The notes beneath the pieces are model-generated. The model saw only the letters and a program-made list of their open reading frames with translations, was not told the origin of the DNA and did no database searches. Made by a program: the position numbers and the translations under genes. A stretch of DNA of 64,000 nt from a virus: IMG/VR virus record IMGVR_UViG_3300010049_000014, positions 2,025-66,024 of that record. One strand, given 5' to 3'. This document shows positions 54,937-64,000 of the stretch, piece after piece; position 1 is the stretch's first letter; each line of letters starts with the position of its first letter.

Positions 54937-55238
54937 CAAGTAAAGGAGGCTTGGTGGAAGATTTATTGGAAGGCGATGTAGGAATATGTCTTGGGCTATA
55001 TGAAGAATACCCTGTACTCAAACCGTTGTTTGAGCGGGGTGTTTGTCAAATAAGAGAAGTAGGCATGGTTGCATCGCGTGCGTGCCTTTTAACTAATAAG
55101 TATTTAGCTACGGAAGGATGCAAGCCTCTGTTCTTACAGGATGCTACGATGTATACTGTAAGAATGACCCGCTGGCATGAGAATCTGTTCGGAGCTATGG
55201 GCGAAATCGCAGAATACGAAAAAAGAAAAAATAATTAA
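54933..55238 (+). CDS. Hypothetical protein
   Basis: Coupled ORF. Confidence 0.55.
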   Translation: MTSKGGLVEDLLEGDVGICLGLYEEYPVLKPLFERGVCQIREVGMVASRACLLTNKYLATEGCKPLFLQDATMYTVRMTRWHENLFGAMGEIAEYEKRKNN

Positions 55239-55245
55239 AAATCTC

Positions 55246-55274
55246 TTGACAAGTTATACAAAACATAGTAATCT
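55246..55274 (+). promoter_or_regulatory. sigma70-like promoter TTGACA-N17-TAATCT
   Basis: Canonical spacing, upstream of the AAGGAG SD and the ATG at 55300. Confidence 0.65.
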
Positions 55275-55299
55275 CAAATCTAGCGAAGAAGGAGCAATA

Positions 55300-55863
55300 A
55301 TGAAAGAAAAATTAGTATTGGCGAAAGGGGTTACTTTTGAGAGTGAACCCCACAAATACTACATCAACGGAAAAGAACTCTCCGGCATAACAAAACTAAT
55401 CGCAAAACGAATGAATATACGGATGCCGGAGGAGTTTGCCGGGGAGGCACGCAATGAAGGACTACACATCCATAGTGCTGTTGAGCAGTGGCTCGATGGT
55501 AGTGAGTTTCCTTCTATCCATCCGGGTGCGGTGTGGATAAAAGGTATCCTTGAAAGACAGTGGCATAAGCCACAAGAGCAATGCCATAGTGAAGTGTTGG
55601 TGTCGGATTTAAAGCAATTTGCATCGAGTGTGGATATAGTTGGCGTATATCCTGATGGCACAGTGGTTTTATACGATATAAAAAGGTCATTTAAGCGGGT
55701 TTATGTGAGTTGGCAGTTGTCTATATACCAATACTTTATCGAAAAATACACAAAATACCGTGTGGCAGGGCTTAATTGCTTGTCTGTTAAAGATAGAACA
55801 ATGTTTCCTATCTTCGCGCACTCAAAACATGACGTGGAAGAACTGCTGTATGGGTCGAAGTGA
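55300..55863 (+). CDS. PD-(D/E)XK (Cas4/RecB-like) exonuclease
   Basis: GLHIHSAVE, SEVLV, ASSVDIV, YDIK, WQLSIY. Confidence 0.8.
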   Translation: MKEKLVLAKGVTFESEPHKYYINGKELSGITKLIAKRMNIRMPEEFAGEARNEGLHIHSAVEQWLDGSEFPSIHPGAVWIKGILERQWHKPQEQCHSEVLVSDLKQFASSVDIVGVYPDGTVVLYDIKRSFKRVYVSWQLSIYQYFIEKYTKYRVAGLNCLSVKDRTMFPIFAHSKHDVEELLYGSK

Positions 55864-56317
55864 AAAGCAAAAGGCAGAAGATGCCATTAGAATAGATGTA
55901 GTCAGGCAACTAGTACGTGCCGGATTTTTGAATGATTACATCGCAAGACTTCTTGGCATTAAAGTTTCTTGTCTGCGCGTATTTCTGTATCGTCATAAGG
56001 TGCCGAGCAATCCGGGATTGGGCGGTAAACGTAATCATGCGAGGTATAAAGGCGGAAGGATTGTACGGAAGGATGGGTATGTCTATCTATCTGGTATGCA
56101 ACATCACCCAAGACACTATAAAGGGGAAGTGCTAGAACATAGGGTTGTTATGGAAACAAAACTCGGTCGTTTCCTGACAGCAGAGGAAGTAGTACATCAT
56201 ATTGACTATAATAAACAAAATAACGATATAAACAACCTGATGCTGTTTAAATCACAGAAGGCGCATTTTTTTTATGAAAAAAATATTTGTGTGCATCCGA
56301 ATAATCCGAGAAACTGA
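55850..56317 (+). CDS. HNH endonuclease
   Basis: EHRVVMETKLGR...VVHHIDYNKQNNDINNL. Confidence 0.9.
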   Translation: MGRSEKQKAEDAIRIDVVRQLVRAGFLNDYIARLLGIKVSCLRVFLYRHKVPSNPGLGGKRNHARYKGGRIVRKDGYVYLSGMQHHPRHYKGEVLEHRVVMETKLGRFLTAEEVVHHIDYNKQNNDINNLMLFKSQKAHFFYEKNICVHPNNPRN

Positions 56318-56341
56318 TCTAAAATAAGATTTTATTTTGCC
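56316..56341 (+). promoter_or_regulatory. Bipartite motif GATCTA-N14-TTTGCC, copy 6
   Basis: 19 nt before the ATG at 56361 with AGGAGG SD. Confidence 0.65.
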
Positions 56342-56360
56342 TAAAGGCAAAGGAGGAAAA

Positions 56361-56972
56361 ATGCAACTAGGACAGCATGATAAATTACAACTTATGTACG
56401 CATTATTTGGTGCGCACATGATGCCAAAGCTGAAAGAACAATGGGAGGTGGTGCGTAAAGAAATAACATCTATTGTGGCTGCATACTGGCAAGACTTTGA
56501 CTTTGACGGCGCACAGAAGTTTGAGAGATACATCAACTTTCACACCTATGTGCGCATACACGGTGGCCCGGTACTATTTTGGGATCACCCTTTAGTTAAG
56601 TATTTCGGACTAGAGGCAGGTGCTAAGGTAGTATTGGTTGATTTCAAATTTCCGTGGACAGATGGTAGCACTGTATATATAAGCGAATTAGGAGATGATA
56701 TTAGCAGTAAAGCGATTAAAATAATAAAAACGTATACATCATCGTTTGATAAAATTGCGGCGTTGTGGGACACAACAAAAGAAGCACTTGCATCTATTCG
56801 TACAACAGGGCAGCTAGAGGAACGACTACCAGAGCTTGCGAATTATTTACCGCCATCAGTGACAAAACAAACTACCGCTGTGCTACCTGTAGAGACATAT
56901 AAAAAAGTGCGCATGATGTTTTCTTCTGCTAGTACAGAAAAGAAGGTGGATAATGTCGCAGAAAAGAAGTGA
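56361..56972 (+). CDS. Nmad5-like (nucleotide-modification-associated) protein
   Basis: C-terminal LASIRTTGQLEERLPELANYLP...LPV. Confidence 0.6.
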   Translation: MQLGQHDKLQLMYALFGAHMMPKLKEQWEVVRKEITSIVAAYWQDFDFDGAQKFERYINFHTYVRIHGGPVLFWDHPLVKYFGLEAGAKVVLVDFKFPWTDGSTVYISELGDDISSKAIKIIKTYTSSFDKIAALWDTTKEALASIRTTGQLEERLPELANYLPPSVTKQTTAVLPVETYKKVRMMFSSASTEKKVDNVAEKK

Positions 56973-57291
56973 ACGGCGTAAACAACAGCGTCTATTTAAG
57001 AAAGAAGAAAAGGCGCGTGTCGGGTACAACAGGCACGCAAATCTTACACACCTTCAACAAGCGATGGCAGAAGGTAAAGTAAATGTAGTAAATATCAATG
57101 ACCCTGCGGTACAGCGGGTTGCAAAAATACAAGGAGAGAAAAATATATGGCGAAGGAAAAAGCTGCGAGCGCAAAGAAAAGTAATGGTGCGGTTGTATCT
57201 GATATTCGTGTTACCGATTCAAAAGGTAATCAATTGGATGTTCAGGAAGTCACAGACCTCGTTATCACATCAGAAAAACCAGCAAAAGTAA
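56953..57291 (+). CDS. Basic hypothetical protein
   Basis: Coupled to the previous gene, but overlaps the next gene by 145 nt. Confidence 0.45.
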   Translation: MSQKRSERRKQQRLFKKEEKARVGYNRHANLTHLQQAMAEGKVNVVNINDPAVQRVAKIQGEKNIWRRKKLRAQRKVMVRLYLIFVLPIQKVINWMFRKSQTSLSHQKNQQK

Positions 57292-58160
57292 AATCAAATG
57301 TCGAGCAGATGCGACTGTATTTGGAGTTTGTGACAAACAAGTATTCCAAGATGCAATTCACAACAGCGAATCTGCCGGAGGTCACAAAAACAAAAGCAGC
57401 GATGCGTTCGTTACGCGTGGCAGTCGAGAAGTCAGAAAAGGAAGTCAAGAACGTATTCTTTGACGCGCCTAAGAAGGCTTTCATTGCGGATGTCGCACCA
57501 CTCTACTCTCTTATAGCTAATATTGAAAACAAATGTGACGATGTGCTTGAACAAGAAGACCAGAAGCGCATTGATGGAATAAATAAGGCTATCGACGCGT
57601 ATATCGAGGAGTTCACAGCAGAAGACAGCCTTGGGCAATTATACATGGACAAGTTCGAGCGCAAGAAAATGTACTATAACAAAACGCAGGATGAAACAGA
57701 TACACGTAACGACATTCAGGCACAGATTATCGCGCTACAGAAGATGCAGAAGGCTTATGAGAAATCAAAAGCTGCGATACAAAAAGCCTGTGCAAAAAAT
57801 AAACTCATCAATGAACTTACATACATTAAAATGTTAAATGATGATGAAGACCTAGCGACCATTTTGGAAGCGATAGAAGAAGAACTGGAGAGGTTGGAGA
57901 ATGTCAAACAGGTACAGCAGAGTAACGCGGAGACAAGCGCAACGCAGGGGCAAGAATACGCGGTTCAGTACACAGAAGATGATACAGACTATACAGAAGC
58001 CGCTGAAGGAGTTGATTTCACATCAGACCTGCCTGAAAGAACTAAAACAGTTTTAGTTGAAATCACATACCCTGCTGATGCCAGTAAGGCGTTATCAGAG
58101 TTGTTTGCGATGCTTTGGACTAAAGGCATAAAATCCAAAATAGTCAGTGGAGGTGAATAG
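57147..58160 (+). CDS. DUF1351-like coiled-coil protein
   Basis: AGGAG SD. KYSKMQFTTANLPEVTKTKAAMRSLR...KEVKNVF. Confidence 0.7.
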   Translation: MAKEKAASAKKSNGAVVSDIRVTDSKGNQLDVQEVTDLVITSEKPAKVKSNVEQMRLYLEFVTNKYSKMQFTTANLPEVTKTKAAMRSLRVAVEKSEKEVKNVFFDAPKKAFIADVAPLYSLIANIENKCDDVLEQEDQKRIDGINKAIDAYIEEFTAEDSLGQLYMDKFERKKMYYNKTQDETDTRNDIQAQIIALQKMQKAYEKSKAAIQKACAKNKLINELTYIKMLNDDEDLATILEAIEEELERLENVKQVQQSNAETSATQGQEYAVQYTEDDTDYTEAAEGVDFTSDLPERTKTVLVEITYPADASKALSELFAMLWTKGIKSKIVSGGE

Positions 58161-58390
58161 TGGGCGCGATACTGTTTCTTATGTTCCTAGGGGTGCTTGG
58201 ATTTATATTCCTTGTTGTTGTAGTGCTTTCGCTCTTGTTTGGTGGCGAAGACCCCTATGAAAGAGAGTTACGAGCATACGACAGAAATGACGAACTTTGT
58301 GATTCTATTCGCAGTACTAAACGTGGGAAATCTACACACTACCACATTACAGACGGACGTTCCGTGCATCTGCACGAACATCATAAATAA
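58160..58390 (+). CDS. Small membrane protein
   Basis: N-terminal TM, GGAGG SD. Confidence 0.55.
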   Translation: MGAILFLMFLGVLGFIFLVVVVLSLLFGGEDPYERELRAYDRNDELCDSIRSTKRGKSTHYHITDGRSVHLHEHHK

Positions 58391-58410
58391 CCTTTGCAAA
58401 GGAGAAGATT

Positions 58411-59376
58411 ATGGCTACAGCAAAAAAACCTGCGGGTAAAGTATCCGCTCCTGTGAAGAAGGCATCTGCACCGACAAAAGCGGTTGCGAAGTCTTCAGGC
58501 AGGCTTGCCTCGCTGAACGAAAAGGTCGCACAGACCGTACGGTATGAGCAAGAAAATCGTGACGTTTCAGGTCGTCAGTATAACTACCTGAAAATTATCG
58601 GAAACTCCGCGAATGATCCGATAACCAAAGAAGGAAAGCCCGAATACATAAAGGGTGCAAAAGAAGGTGTTTGGGTAATTCCTTCACAGAAGTTACTCCT
58701 CGGAAAAGCAGTAACACTCTCTATTAAGGGAATGTTTAAGGTTTACGAAGACAGTATTCCTGGACAGAAGAAAGACCCAAAATCAAAACAAGAGCCAATG
58801 AGACAGGTTATCGCCTATTGGCTACCCCAAGACGCGGAGCAGATTCCGCTTGAGGGTATTTTTGAACGCCCTTATCGCGGAAAGGATGGCGTTGATCACA
58901 TACTCAAGCCTGTACATTGGATGTTTGTATATCTACATGAACATCCAGAAATCGAAGATGCCGTTATTACCTTCAGGTCAACAGGCAATCGTATCTACAA
59001 AGAGGTACAGAAACTTATTGCGGCTAACGCGACAACGGCAACAGAACTTCGCTTCACAATGACGCATCAGGAAATCGCTGCCGAAGGGTGGGACAAAGAT
59101 TACCTGTATCCGCTGTTTGAAATCGACGGACGAAATTACGACTACGAAGATGAAAAAATCTCGTTGTGTAAGGGCGGAATGGATGAGGACGAACTTGCGG
59201 ACTTCATCGAAGCATCCTTCAAGGTAAATGAAGACTATGCTTTGGCGAAAATCGTCACCAGAAAAGGCAACATCGCTGCCATGATCGCTGGCTATACCGC
59301 ACCTGCTCTTGAAGACAAGACAGGGTGGAAAAAGGGCTACGAGGATGACGGAGACGCAAAGCCTGCGAAGTTTTAG
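58411..59376 (+). CDS. Putative single-stranded DNA-binding protein
   Basis: YLKII...YIKGAKEG...AVITFRSTG OB-fold-like pattern, acidic tail ending in Phe. Confidence 0.55.
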   Translation: MATAKKPAGKVSAPVKKASAPTKAVAKSSGRLASLNEKVAQTVRYEQENRDVSGRQYNYLKIIGNSANDPITKEGKPEYIKGAKEGVWVIPSQKLLLGKAVTLSIKGMFKVYEDSIPGQKKDPKSKQEPMRQVIAYWLPQDAEQIPLEGIFERPYRGKDGVDHILKPVHWMFVYLHEHPEIEDAVITFRSTGNRIYKEVQKLIAANATTATELRFTMTHQEIAAEGWDKDYLYPLFEIDGRNYDYEDEKISLCKGGMDEDELADFIEASFKVNEDYALAKIVTRKGNIAAMIAGYTAPALEDKTGWKKGYEDDGDAKPAKF

Positions 59377-59384
59377 CATAGGCA

Positions 59385-59495
59385 CTGGTCACGTATAGGT
59401 GGGACGGTAGGCTCCCGTGACCAGCAAGCTGGAGGCAGAAAAAGAAGCGGAAGCGAAGTGGGTGACGAAAATCCACCCGTTTTTTCTTCTGCCTC
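59385..59495 (+). terminator. Structured intergenic element including a terminator hairpin
   Basis: CTGGTCACG/CGTGACCAG stem; GGGTG/CACCC followed by a T tract; GAGGCAGAA/TTCTGCCTC stem. Confidence 0.55.
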
Positions 59496-59516
59496 AAATC
59501 TTTAAGGAAGTAAATT

Positions 59517-59972
59517 ATGGCTTATTATACTGTCGCTTTTGAAGGCGGCACATATATTTCACCAGAAATGGCAGGAGCAGTTTTAGGATTTTGGGGTATT
59601 GCGCCTAACACATTACGGCGTTCAAGGTTAATCTTGAATACCCCGGTATTCGGGCCACTCACAGATGATGAGATAAAAAAATGCAATAACGCTGTATCCA
59701 CAATTCAGGATTTTGAAGCACAGCATGAATCGCTAACAAAATGGAATCCTGCGTCGGCAGGGCAAGAAATGCGTGTAAAGTTAGATGCTGCTGATATTGT
59801 AGAATACAAAAAGAAGCGTTATACGCTATTTAAAAATCTTATGCTGGGCACAAAGCGTTCAAGTCAGGCAAAGCGATTTGCTATTGTACGTGTTTGTGGA
59901 AGGGGTAGCTATGTTGTTCTTGATCATAAAAATAAGGATATACATGACCCAATTATTGTTACCTGCAAATAA
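59517..59972 (+). CDS. Hypothetical protein
   Basis: AAGGAAG SD. 151 aa. Confidence 0.6.
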   Translation: MAYYTVAFEGGTYISPEMAGAVLGFWGIAPNTLRRSRLILNTPVFGPLTDDEIKKCNNAVSTIQDFEAQHESLTKWNPASAGQEMRVKLDAADIVEYKKKRYTLFKNLMLGTKRSSQAKRFAIVRVCGRGSYVVLDHKNKDIHDPIIVTCK

Positions 59973-59990
59973 TAACAAAAGGGGACTTTC

Positions 59991-61796
59991 ATGTCTGAAA
60001 AATCCGCCGACCTATTGTCGGAGTTTAAGAGAATATTTTACGGCGGACAAGACAGGTTTGTAATCCATGTTCCGCCATTCGCCTATGGTGCAGGCGAAAA
60101 ACAACATAAGTACACAGCGCAGACATTTGTAGGGTTTGCAAAGTACGGCACAGCAAGTTTCCCGGAAATAGATGATGGTTTTGAGAAGGGAGATTATGTA
60201 CCATGCACCACAGAAAACTACAGGAACCACCTAAACGGTTCGTGTGGCCTTGCTTTGTCACCGCTGATACCAGAATACACCACAAAGAAAAGTAAAAAAC
60301 AAAACTGCTGCGTATATGCTGTAATTGACATTGACACATACAATGTGAATTTCACACAGCTTATAAATCGACTGTATACAGATGGATTTAAGTTTGGTGC
60401 GTTTCAGTCCAAATCAGGTGGTCTTCACATTTACTTTTTCTTTACCGGGTATGAGCCTGCTATAGATGTAAGAGCAGTGCTGCACAAGATTGTAAATCTT
60501 TACGGTCTTGGGAAAATGTTTAAAGATGAAAAAGGAGCATCTAAAGTAGAGGTATTCCCTGAACATGATGAACACAAGCCAGGGCGTAAAGGAGTTAAAG
60601 ATAAAGGTGTGTTCTTGCCATTTTATAATATGGCAGACCCAAAAGAATGTCCGAACAAAATGATAACAGCAGAAGGAAAATTGTTAGGGCTTGAGAAAGC
60701 AATACCAATGATTAAGGAACAGTTTACATCACTAGAGGAAATGAAAGCTATACTCAATGCACTTCCTTATGCCGATGCACCGTACTGTATACAAGCTGCA
60801 CTGTTGTCAGGTGAACTGTACGATGGTTCACACAGGAACGATTTTATATTTACTGTTGCTCTGTATCTTAAAATGAAGCATGGTAAAGATGCGTTTACTG
60901 TAGATATGCTGCGCGAAGCTAATGAGCGATTTGCAGAACCGCTGGAAGACAAGCACGTAGAAAACACATACGCTTCAGCAATCGCAGGGGATTTTCCCAT
61001 ACTTGGGCAGTGCAAAAAAGAGCCGATGGCTTCTTTCTGCGATAAGAAGGAGTGTAAAGAGCGACAGTTCGCGGCAATTAAAAAAGACAAAAATAATGTC
61101 GCATCTAACTTTGAGTTTAGGCAAATGTACCGAATGAAAGCAGAGACACCCTATTATCTTATTGAAGCACGATTAGCTGGCACAGAAGATGAGTTTAAAA
61201 TGTTACGAATAGATGCGGCAGAAAATATACTGAATCAACGAACCATACAAAAAGAAGGTGTTGATAAGCTCGGACAGATTATGTGGACAGTGAAACAACA
61301 GGTTTGGGAGGAGAGAATAAATGAAATCATGGCAACAATGGTGGAGAAAGAAGTTCCCAAAGAAACAGACACAACAGAATTATCAGACCTGCGACAGCTA
61401 TTTAATCGTTATCTCACACATAGACAGGTGCAGTCTTCATCGCCGTTTCGTATCACGCTTAAACAAGTCTATATGGCTAACGAGACTTTCTATTTTCAAA
61501 CAGATGGTCTTAAAGATTATCTACGGATCGCCAAGTTTAACCTGCAAGGCAAAAACCTGCGAGAGTATTTACTATCATACGGCTGCACCGAAGGCATGGT
61601 TGAGTACGATAAACGAGATGGGCAAAAAGGACAGATAAAATGTTGGCTTAAAAGTAATGATGATACATTACGCGAAATGTTGACGTATTTTGATGAAGTG
61701 GTTGACCAGGACGCGCAAGTTCTGGAAAATAACAAATTAAATAAAAAGGACAGTAAGGATGAGGGCGCGGAGGCAGGGGAAGACCGCAGGTTCTAG
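59991..61796 (+). CDS. AEP-family primase-polymerase with PriCT-like domain
   Basis: VIDID, QSKSGGLHIYFF, HRNDFIF...YL. Confidence 0.8.
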   Translation: MSEKSADLLSEFKRIFYGGQDRFVIHVPPFAYGAGEKQHKYTAQTFVGFAKYGTASFPEIDDGFEKGDYVPCTTENYRNHLNGSCGLALSPLIPEYTTKKSKKQNCCVYAVIDIDTYNVNFTQLINRLYTDGFKFGAFQSKSGGLHIYFFFTGYEPAIDVRAVLHKIVNLYGLGKMFKDEKGASKVEVFPEHDEHKPGRKGVKDKGVFLPFYNMADPKECPNKMITAEGKLLGLEKAIPMIKEQFTSLEEMKAILNALPYADAPYCIQAALLSGELYDGSHRNDFIFTVALYLKMKHGKDAFTVDMLREANERFAEPLEDKHVENTYASAIAGDFPILGQCKKEPMASFCDKKECKERQFAAIKKDKNNVASNFEFRQMYRMKAETPYYLIEARLAGTEDEFKMLRIDAAENILNQRTIQKEGVDKLGQIMWTVKQQVWEERINEIMATMVEKEVPKETDTTELSDLRQLFNRYLTHRQVQSSSPFRITLKQVYMANETFYFQTDGLKDYLRIAKFNLQGKNLREYLLSYGCTEGMVEYDKRDGQKGQIKCWLKSNDDTLREMLTYFDEVVDQDAQVLENNKLNKKDSKDEGAEAGEDRRF

Positions 61797-61815
61797 CATC
61801 TATGAAGGTGTTGGT

Positions 61816-61947
61816 ATGACCATTGGTAATGTGCAAGAAATGTGCGAACTTCGGCAGTACTATAACATGGGCTGTCGCACCTGCATTGCGCATGGGCATC
61901 CGAAATGTCCGAAGGAGAAAGAGAAAAATGTTGATAAAGATAAATGA
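61816..61947 (+). CDS. Small Cys-rich hypothetical protein
   Basis: Gap-filling ORF with CRTC...CP. Confidence 0.4.
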   Translation: MTIGNVQEMCELRQYYNMGCRTCIAHGHPKCPKEKEKNVDKDK

Positions 61948-62125
61948 TAATGCGTATGTGCGTACAAGCGCAATAGTTTCTATCACAACGGAAGAAAGTG
62001 CTGGTAACAATGAGGTTAGGCTGTGGCAGCAAAATGGCGAATACCATAAAATAGTATGTCAGGATAAAGAACTTTTCTACACGAGATTGGCGGAGATACT
62101 AAATGCACTTGGAGGTTATATATGA
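61928..62125 (+). CDS. Hypothetical protein
   Basis: MLIKIND... with AGGAG upstream. Coupled to the next gene. Confidence 0.6.
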   Translation: MLIKINDNAYVRTSAIVSITTEESAGNNEVRLWQQNGEYHKIVCQDKELFYTRLAEILNALGGYI

Positions 62126-62790
62126 AAATGACAAACACGCTGCTCATGGCTTATGAGTGGTACAGAAACTGTCCGAAAACATGGAAGGATAGGGCGCTTG
62201 ACAGCATTAAAAACACGCTTACAGGCGAATTCACAGGAACCGTAGCGACAGCAAGAGGTGACAGATTCGAGGAATTTGTTAATAATATAATAAACAAAAA
62301 CCTAAAGTTTCACAAACCTCTTAGGGATTGTAATCTGCTTCGAGGACTGCGCCAACAGGTATGGCTTGACCCGCTGACAATTACACTAGATAGTGAGATG
62401 TCGTTCACATTCAGAGGAAAGATGGACTACTACGGAACCCTACTTGCTAACGAACATCCTGTTCTTGAGAGGTACGCAAAGCAAAAAATAATCTGTGATC
62501 TGAAGACTACAGGAACTACAATTAAGCAAGATAAATACATGGACAGTTGGCAGCACGTTATCTATTGTCTTGCGATGAAAGTTCCGCATTTTGCGTATTT
62601 TGTTTTTCAATTTCCAGACGACCACGGGCTTGAACCATCCGACAGCAGAATTATATTTTTAGATTGCGAAGAAGAATTGGATGCGCAGAGAAAAATGCTT
62701 ACCGACCGTATCGGCGATTTAGTGAAGTTCTTAAAGGACTTCAACTTATGGAACGATTACTTCCACAAGTTTAACCAGGGGAAACCATGA
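62122..62790 (+). CDS. PD-(D/E)XK exonuclease-like protein
   Basis: ARGDRFEE, FRGKMD, CDLKTT, WQHVIY. Confidence 0.75.
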   Translation: MKMTNTLLMAYEWYRNCPKTWKDRALDSIKNTLTGEFTGTVATARGDRFEEFVNNIINKNLKFHKPLRDCNLLRGLRQQVWLDPLTITLDSEMSFTFRGKMDYYGTLLANEHPVLERYAKQKIICDLKTTGTTIKQDKYMDSWQHVIYCLAMKVPHFAYFVFQFPDDHGLEPSDSRIIFLDCEEELDAQRKMLTDRIGDLVKFLKDFNLWNDYFHKFNQGKP

Positions 62791-63221
62791 TTGAATTGAC
62801 ACACACTATTATAACAGTACCGAAGCACGCGCTGGACGCAGAAGCACACATAAGAAACGGGCTGAAGCCTTTTGTCGAGGAAAACAAGCATATCATCGAC
62901 AACGGATGTATGATTCGTGTAGCACTGGTACACCGCGTAAACAAAAAAAGGTCTAGTGCAGTAACAAACGAGACCGCACTACAGACACTTCTTTCTGCTT
63001 CCGGGAAGGATGTGATCACATACACTGAAGGTGATATTATACTCAATTTCAGACAAAATCTTTTTACGAACAAAAAGAAACCTTTTCACCTTACAGCGCA
63101 GGAGAAGCTCATGCTTTATAAAAAGATATTTATGCAGGCTGAAAATATTCCGTATTACGCGCAAATTGTAGGAAATCTGCGAAAAAGGCTAGGGAAAGAT
63201 TTTCTTGCAGGCGTAATATGA
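62787..63221 (+). CDS. Hypothetical protein
   Basis: Coupled on both sides. Confidence 0.6.
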   Translation: MIELTHTIITVPKHALDAEAHIRNGLKPFVEENKHIIDNGCMIRVALVHRVNKKRSSAVTNETALQTLLSASGKDVITYTEGDIILNFRQNLFTNKKKPFHLTAQEKLMLYKKIFMQAENIPYYAQIVGNLRKRLGKDFLAGVI

Positions 63222-64000
63222 ATGTGACGTTTAATACAGAAGATGTTACGGTCTACATTGCTGGTGCAGGTAGTGGTAAAACAACTGCTCTTATGGGTGA
63301 ATTGACCTCCATGCTTAAAGAGTATCGCCCTGATGAGATAGCTTTTACCACCTTCACCCGTAAAGGTGTCTTGACAGGAATAGAAAGGGCGCTAAATACT
63401 AATGCCTCTCTTAATCCCGAAGACCTTATCTATTTTCAAACACTGCATCGTATGTGTTTTCACGAAAGCAAATTAAAACGAAAAAATATAATAGAGCCAA
63501 GGGATATTGTAAAGTTTAATCGTTTGCTTGGATTTAATCTTTCAGCTAGTGCAATGGCAAACACATTTGGTAATCACACAGAAGACGATAAAATGCTACA
63601 GCGTTATGATGCTATACGTTCAGAGGCAGACACAGGTATTTTTATTCATTCTATGTATGATGAGGAGCGATATAATAGGCTCGTTAATGCGTATGAGGTG
63701 TTTAAAAAGGAGAATGACCTTGTTGATTTTTATGACTGTTTACTTCGGTACAGGGAAATCGGAAAACCACTTCCTGTTGCTGCCTTTTTTCTTGATGAAG
63801 CCCAGGACGTTACGCCCCTTCAGTGGGAAGTCGTGCAAATGGCTTCTCGCAATGCAGAAAAGATACGTATTGGAGGCGACCCGGCACAAAGTATATTCTC
63901 CTATCAAGGTGCTGTTCCCGCAACACTCATATCGCTTGCGAAGCGACATACGACAGTGGAACTTAATAGTACTTATCGCCTACCTGAAAAGATATGTAAG
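63218..64000 (+). CDS. UvrD/Rep SF1 helicase (3'-truncated by window)
   Basis: Translated by hand: AGAGSGKT, AFTTFTRK, FQTLH, FLDEAQD, GGDPAQSIF, STYRLP. Not in the ORF track. Confidence 0.9.
   Translation, partial: MNVTFNTEDVTVYIAGAGSGKTTALMGELTSMLKEYRPDEIAFTTFTRKGVLTGIERALNTNASLNPEDLIYFQTLHRMCFHESKLKRKNIIEPRDIVKFNRLLGFNLSASAMANTFGNHTEDDKMLQRYDAIRSEADTGIFIHSMYDEERYNRLVNAYEVFKKENDLVDFYDCLLRYREIGKPLPVAAFFLDEAQDVTPLQWEVVQMASRNAEKIRIGGDPAQSIFSYQGAVPATLISLAKRHTTVELNSTYRLPEKICK

Noticed and set aside
55850-56317. Group I intron carrying the HNH gene
   Set aside because: The flanking genes appear intact and unrelated, so it is best read as a free-standing HNH.
45402-56341. sigma54 promoters, because of the TTGC element
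   Set aside because: The -24 GG dinucleotide (TGGCAC) is missing at the required spacing in all six copies.
59353-59365. c-di-GMP-I riboswitch-like GACGCAAAGCC
   Set aside because: It lies inside the coding end of the SSB-like gene, and the other conserved riboswitch elements are absent.
1-64000. tRNA genes or alternative genetic code
   Set aside because: No cloverleaf or T-loop signature was noticed. Genes tile densely under the standard code with coupled stop/start overlaps.

Overview
About 64 kb of a tailed dsDNA phage with a contractile (myovirus-type) tail. Both window edges cut helicase genes. The host is probably a diderm spirochaete (Treponema-like); this is inferred only from spirochaete-style lipoboxes and a gene order reminiscent of Borrelia cp32 phages. 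The minus strand (3.4-43.1 kb) carries the virion and lysis genes in transcription order: terS-like, terL, two collagen-linker/lectin-like fibres, lysis cassette, portal, DUF2213, major capsid, neck, sheath, tube, chaperone with a -1 frameshift, tape measure, baseplate, ferritin-like gene and a nested spanin-like pair. An AT-rich, GATC-rich control region (43.4-45.8 kb) holds a ~150-bp inverted repeat and the strand switch. The plus strand (45.8-64 kb and 1-3.5 kb) carries early/accessory and replication genes: DUF5664, PD-(D/E)XK nucleases, HNH, Nmad5-like, DUF1351-like, SSB-like, AEP primase, UvrD-like and SNF2-like helicases. No integrase, RT, tRNA or CRISPR array was seen. The best leads are: (1) a LAGLIDADG intein inserted immediately before the catalytic Cys of a CHAP endolysin; (2) a six-copy, fixed-spacing promoter-like motif GATCTA-N14-TTTGCC, with a neighbouring GATC island and a candidate sigma-like regulator; (3) an almost fully nested two-frame spanin-like gene pair. 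All family assignments come from motif recognition by eye; no database searches were run.
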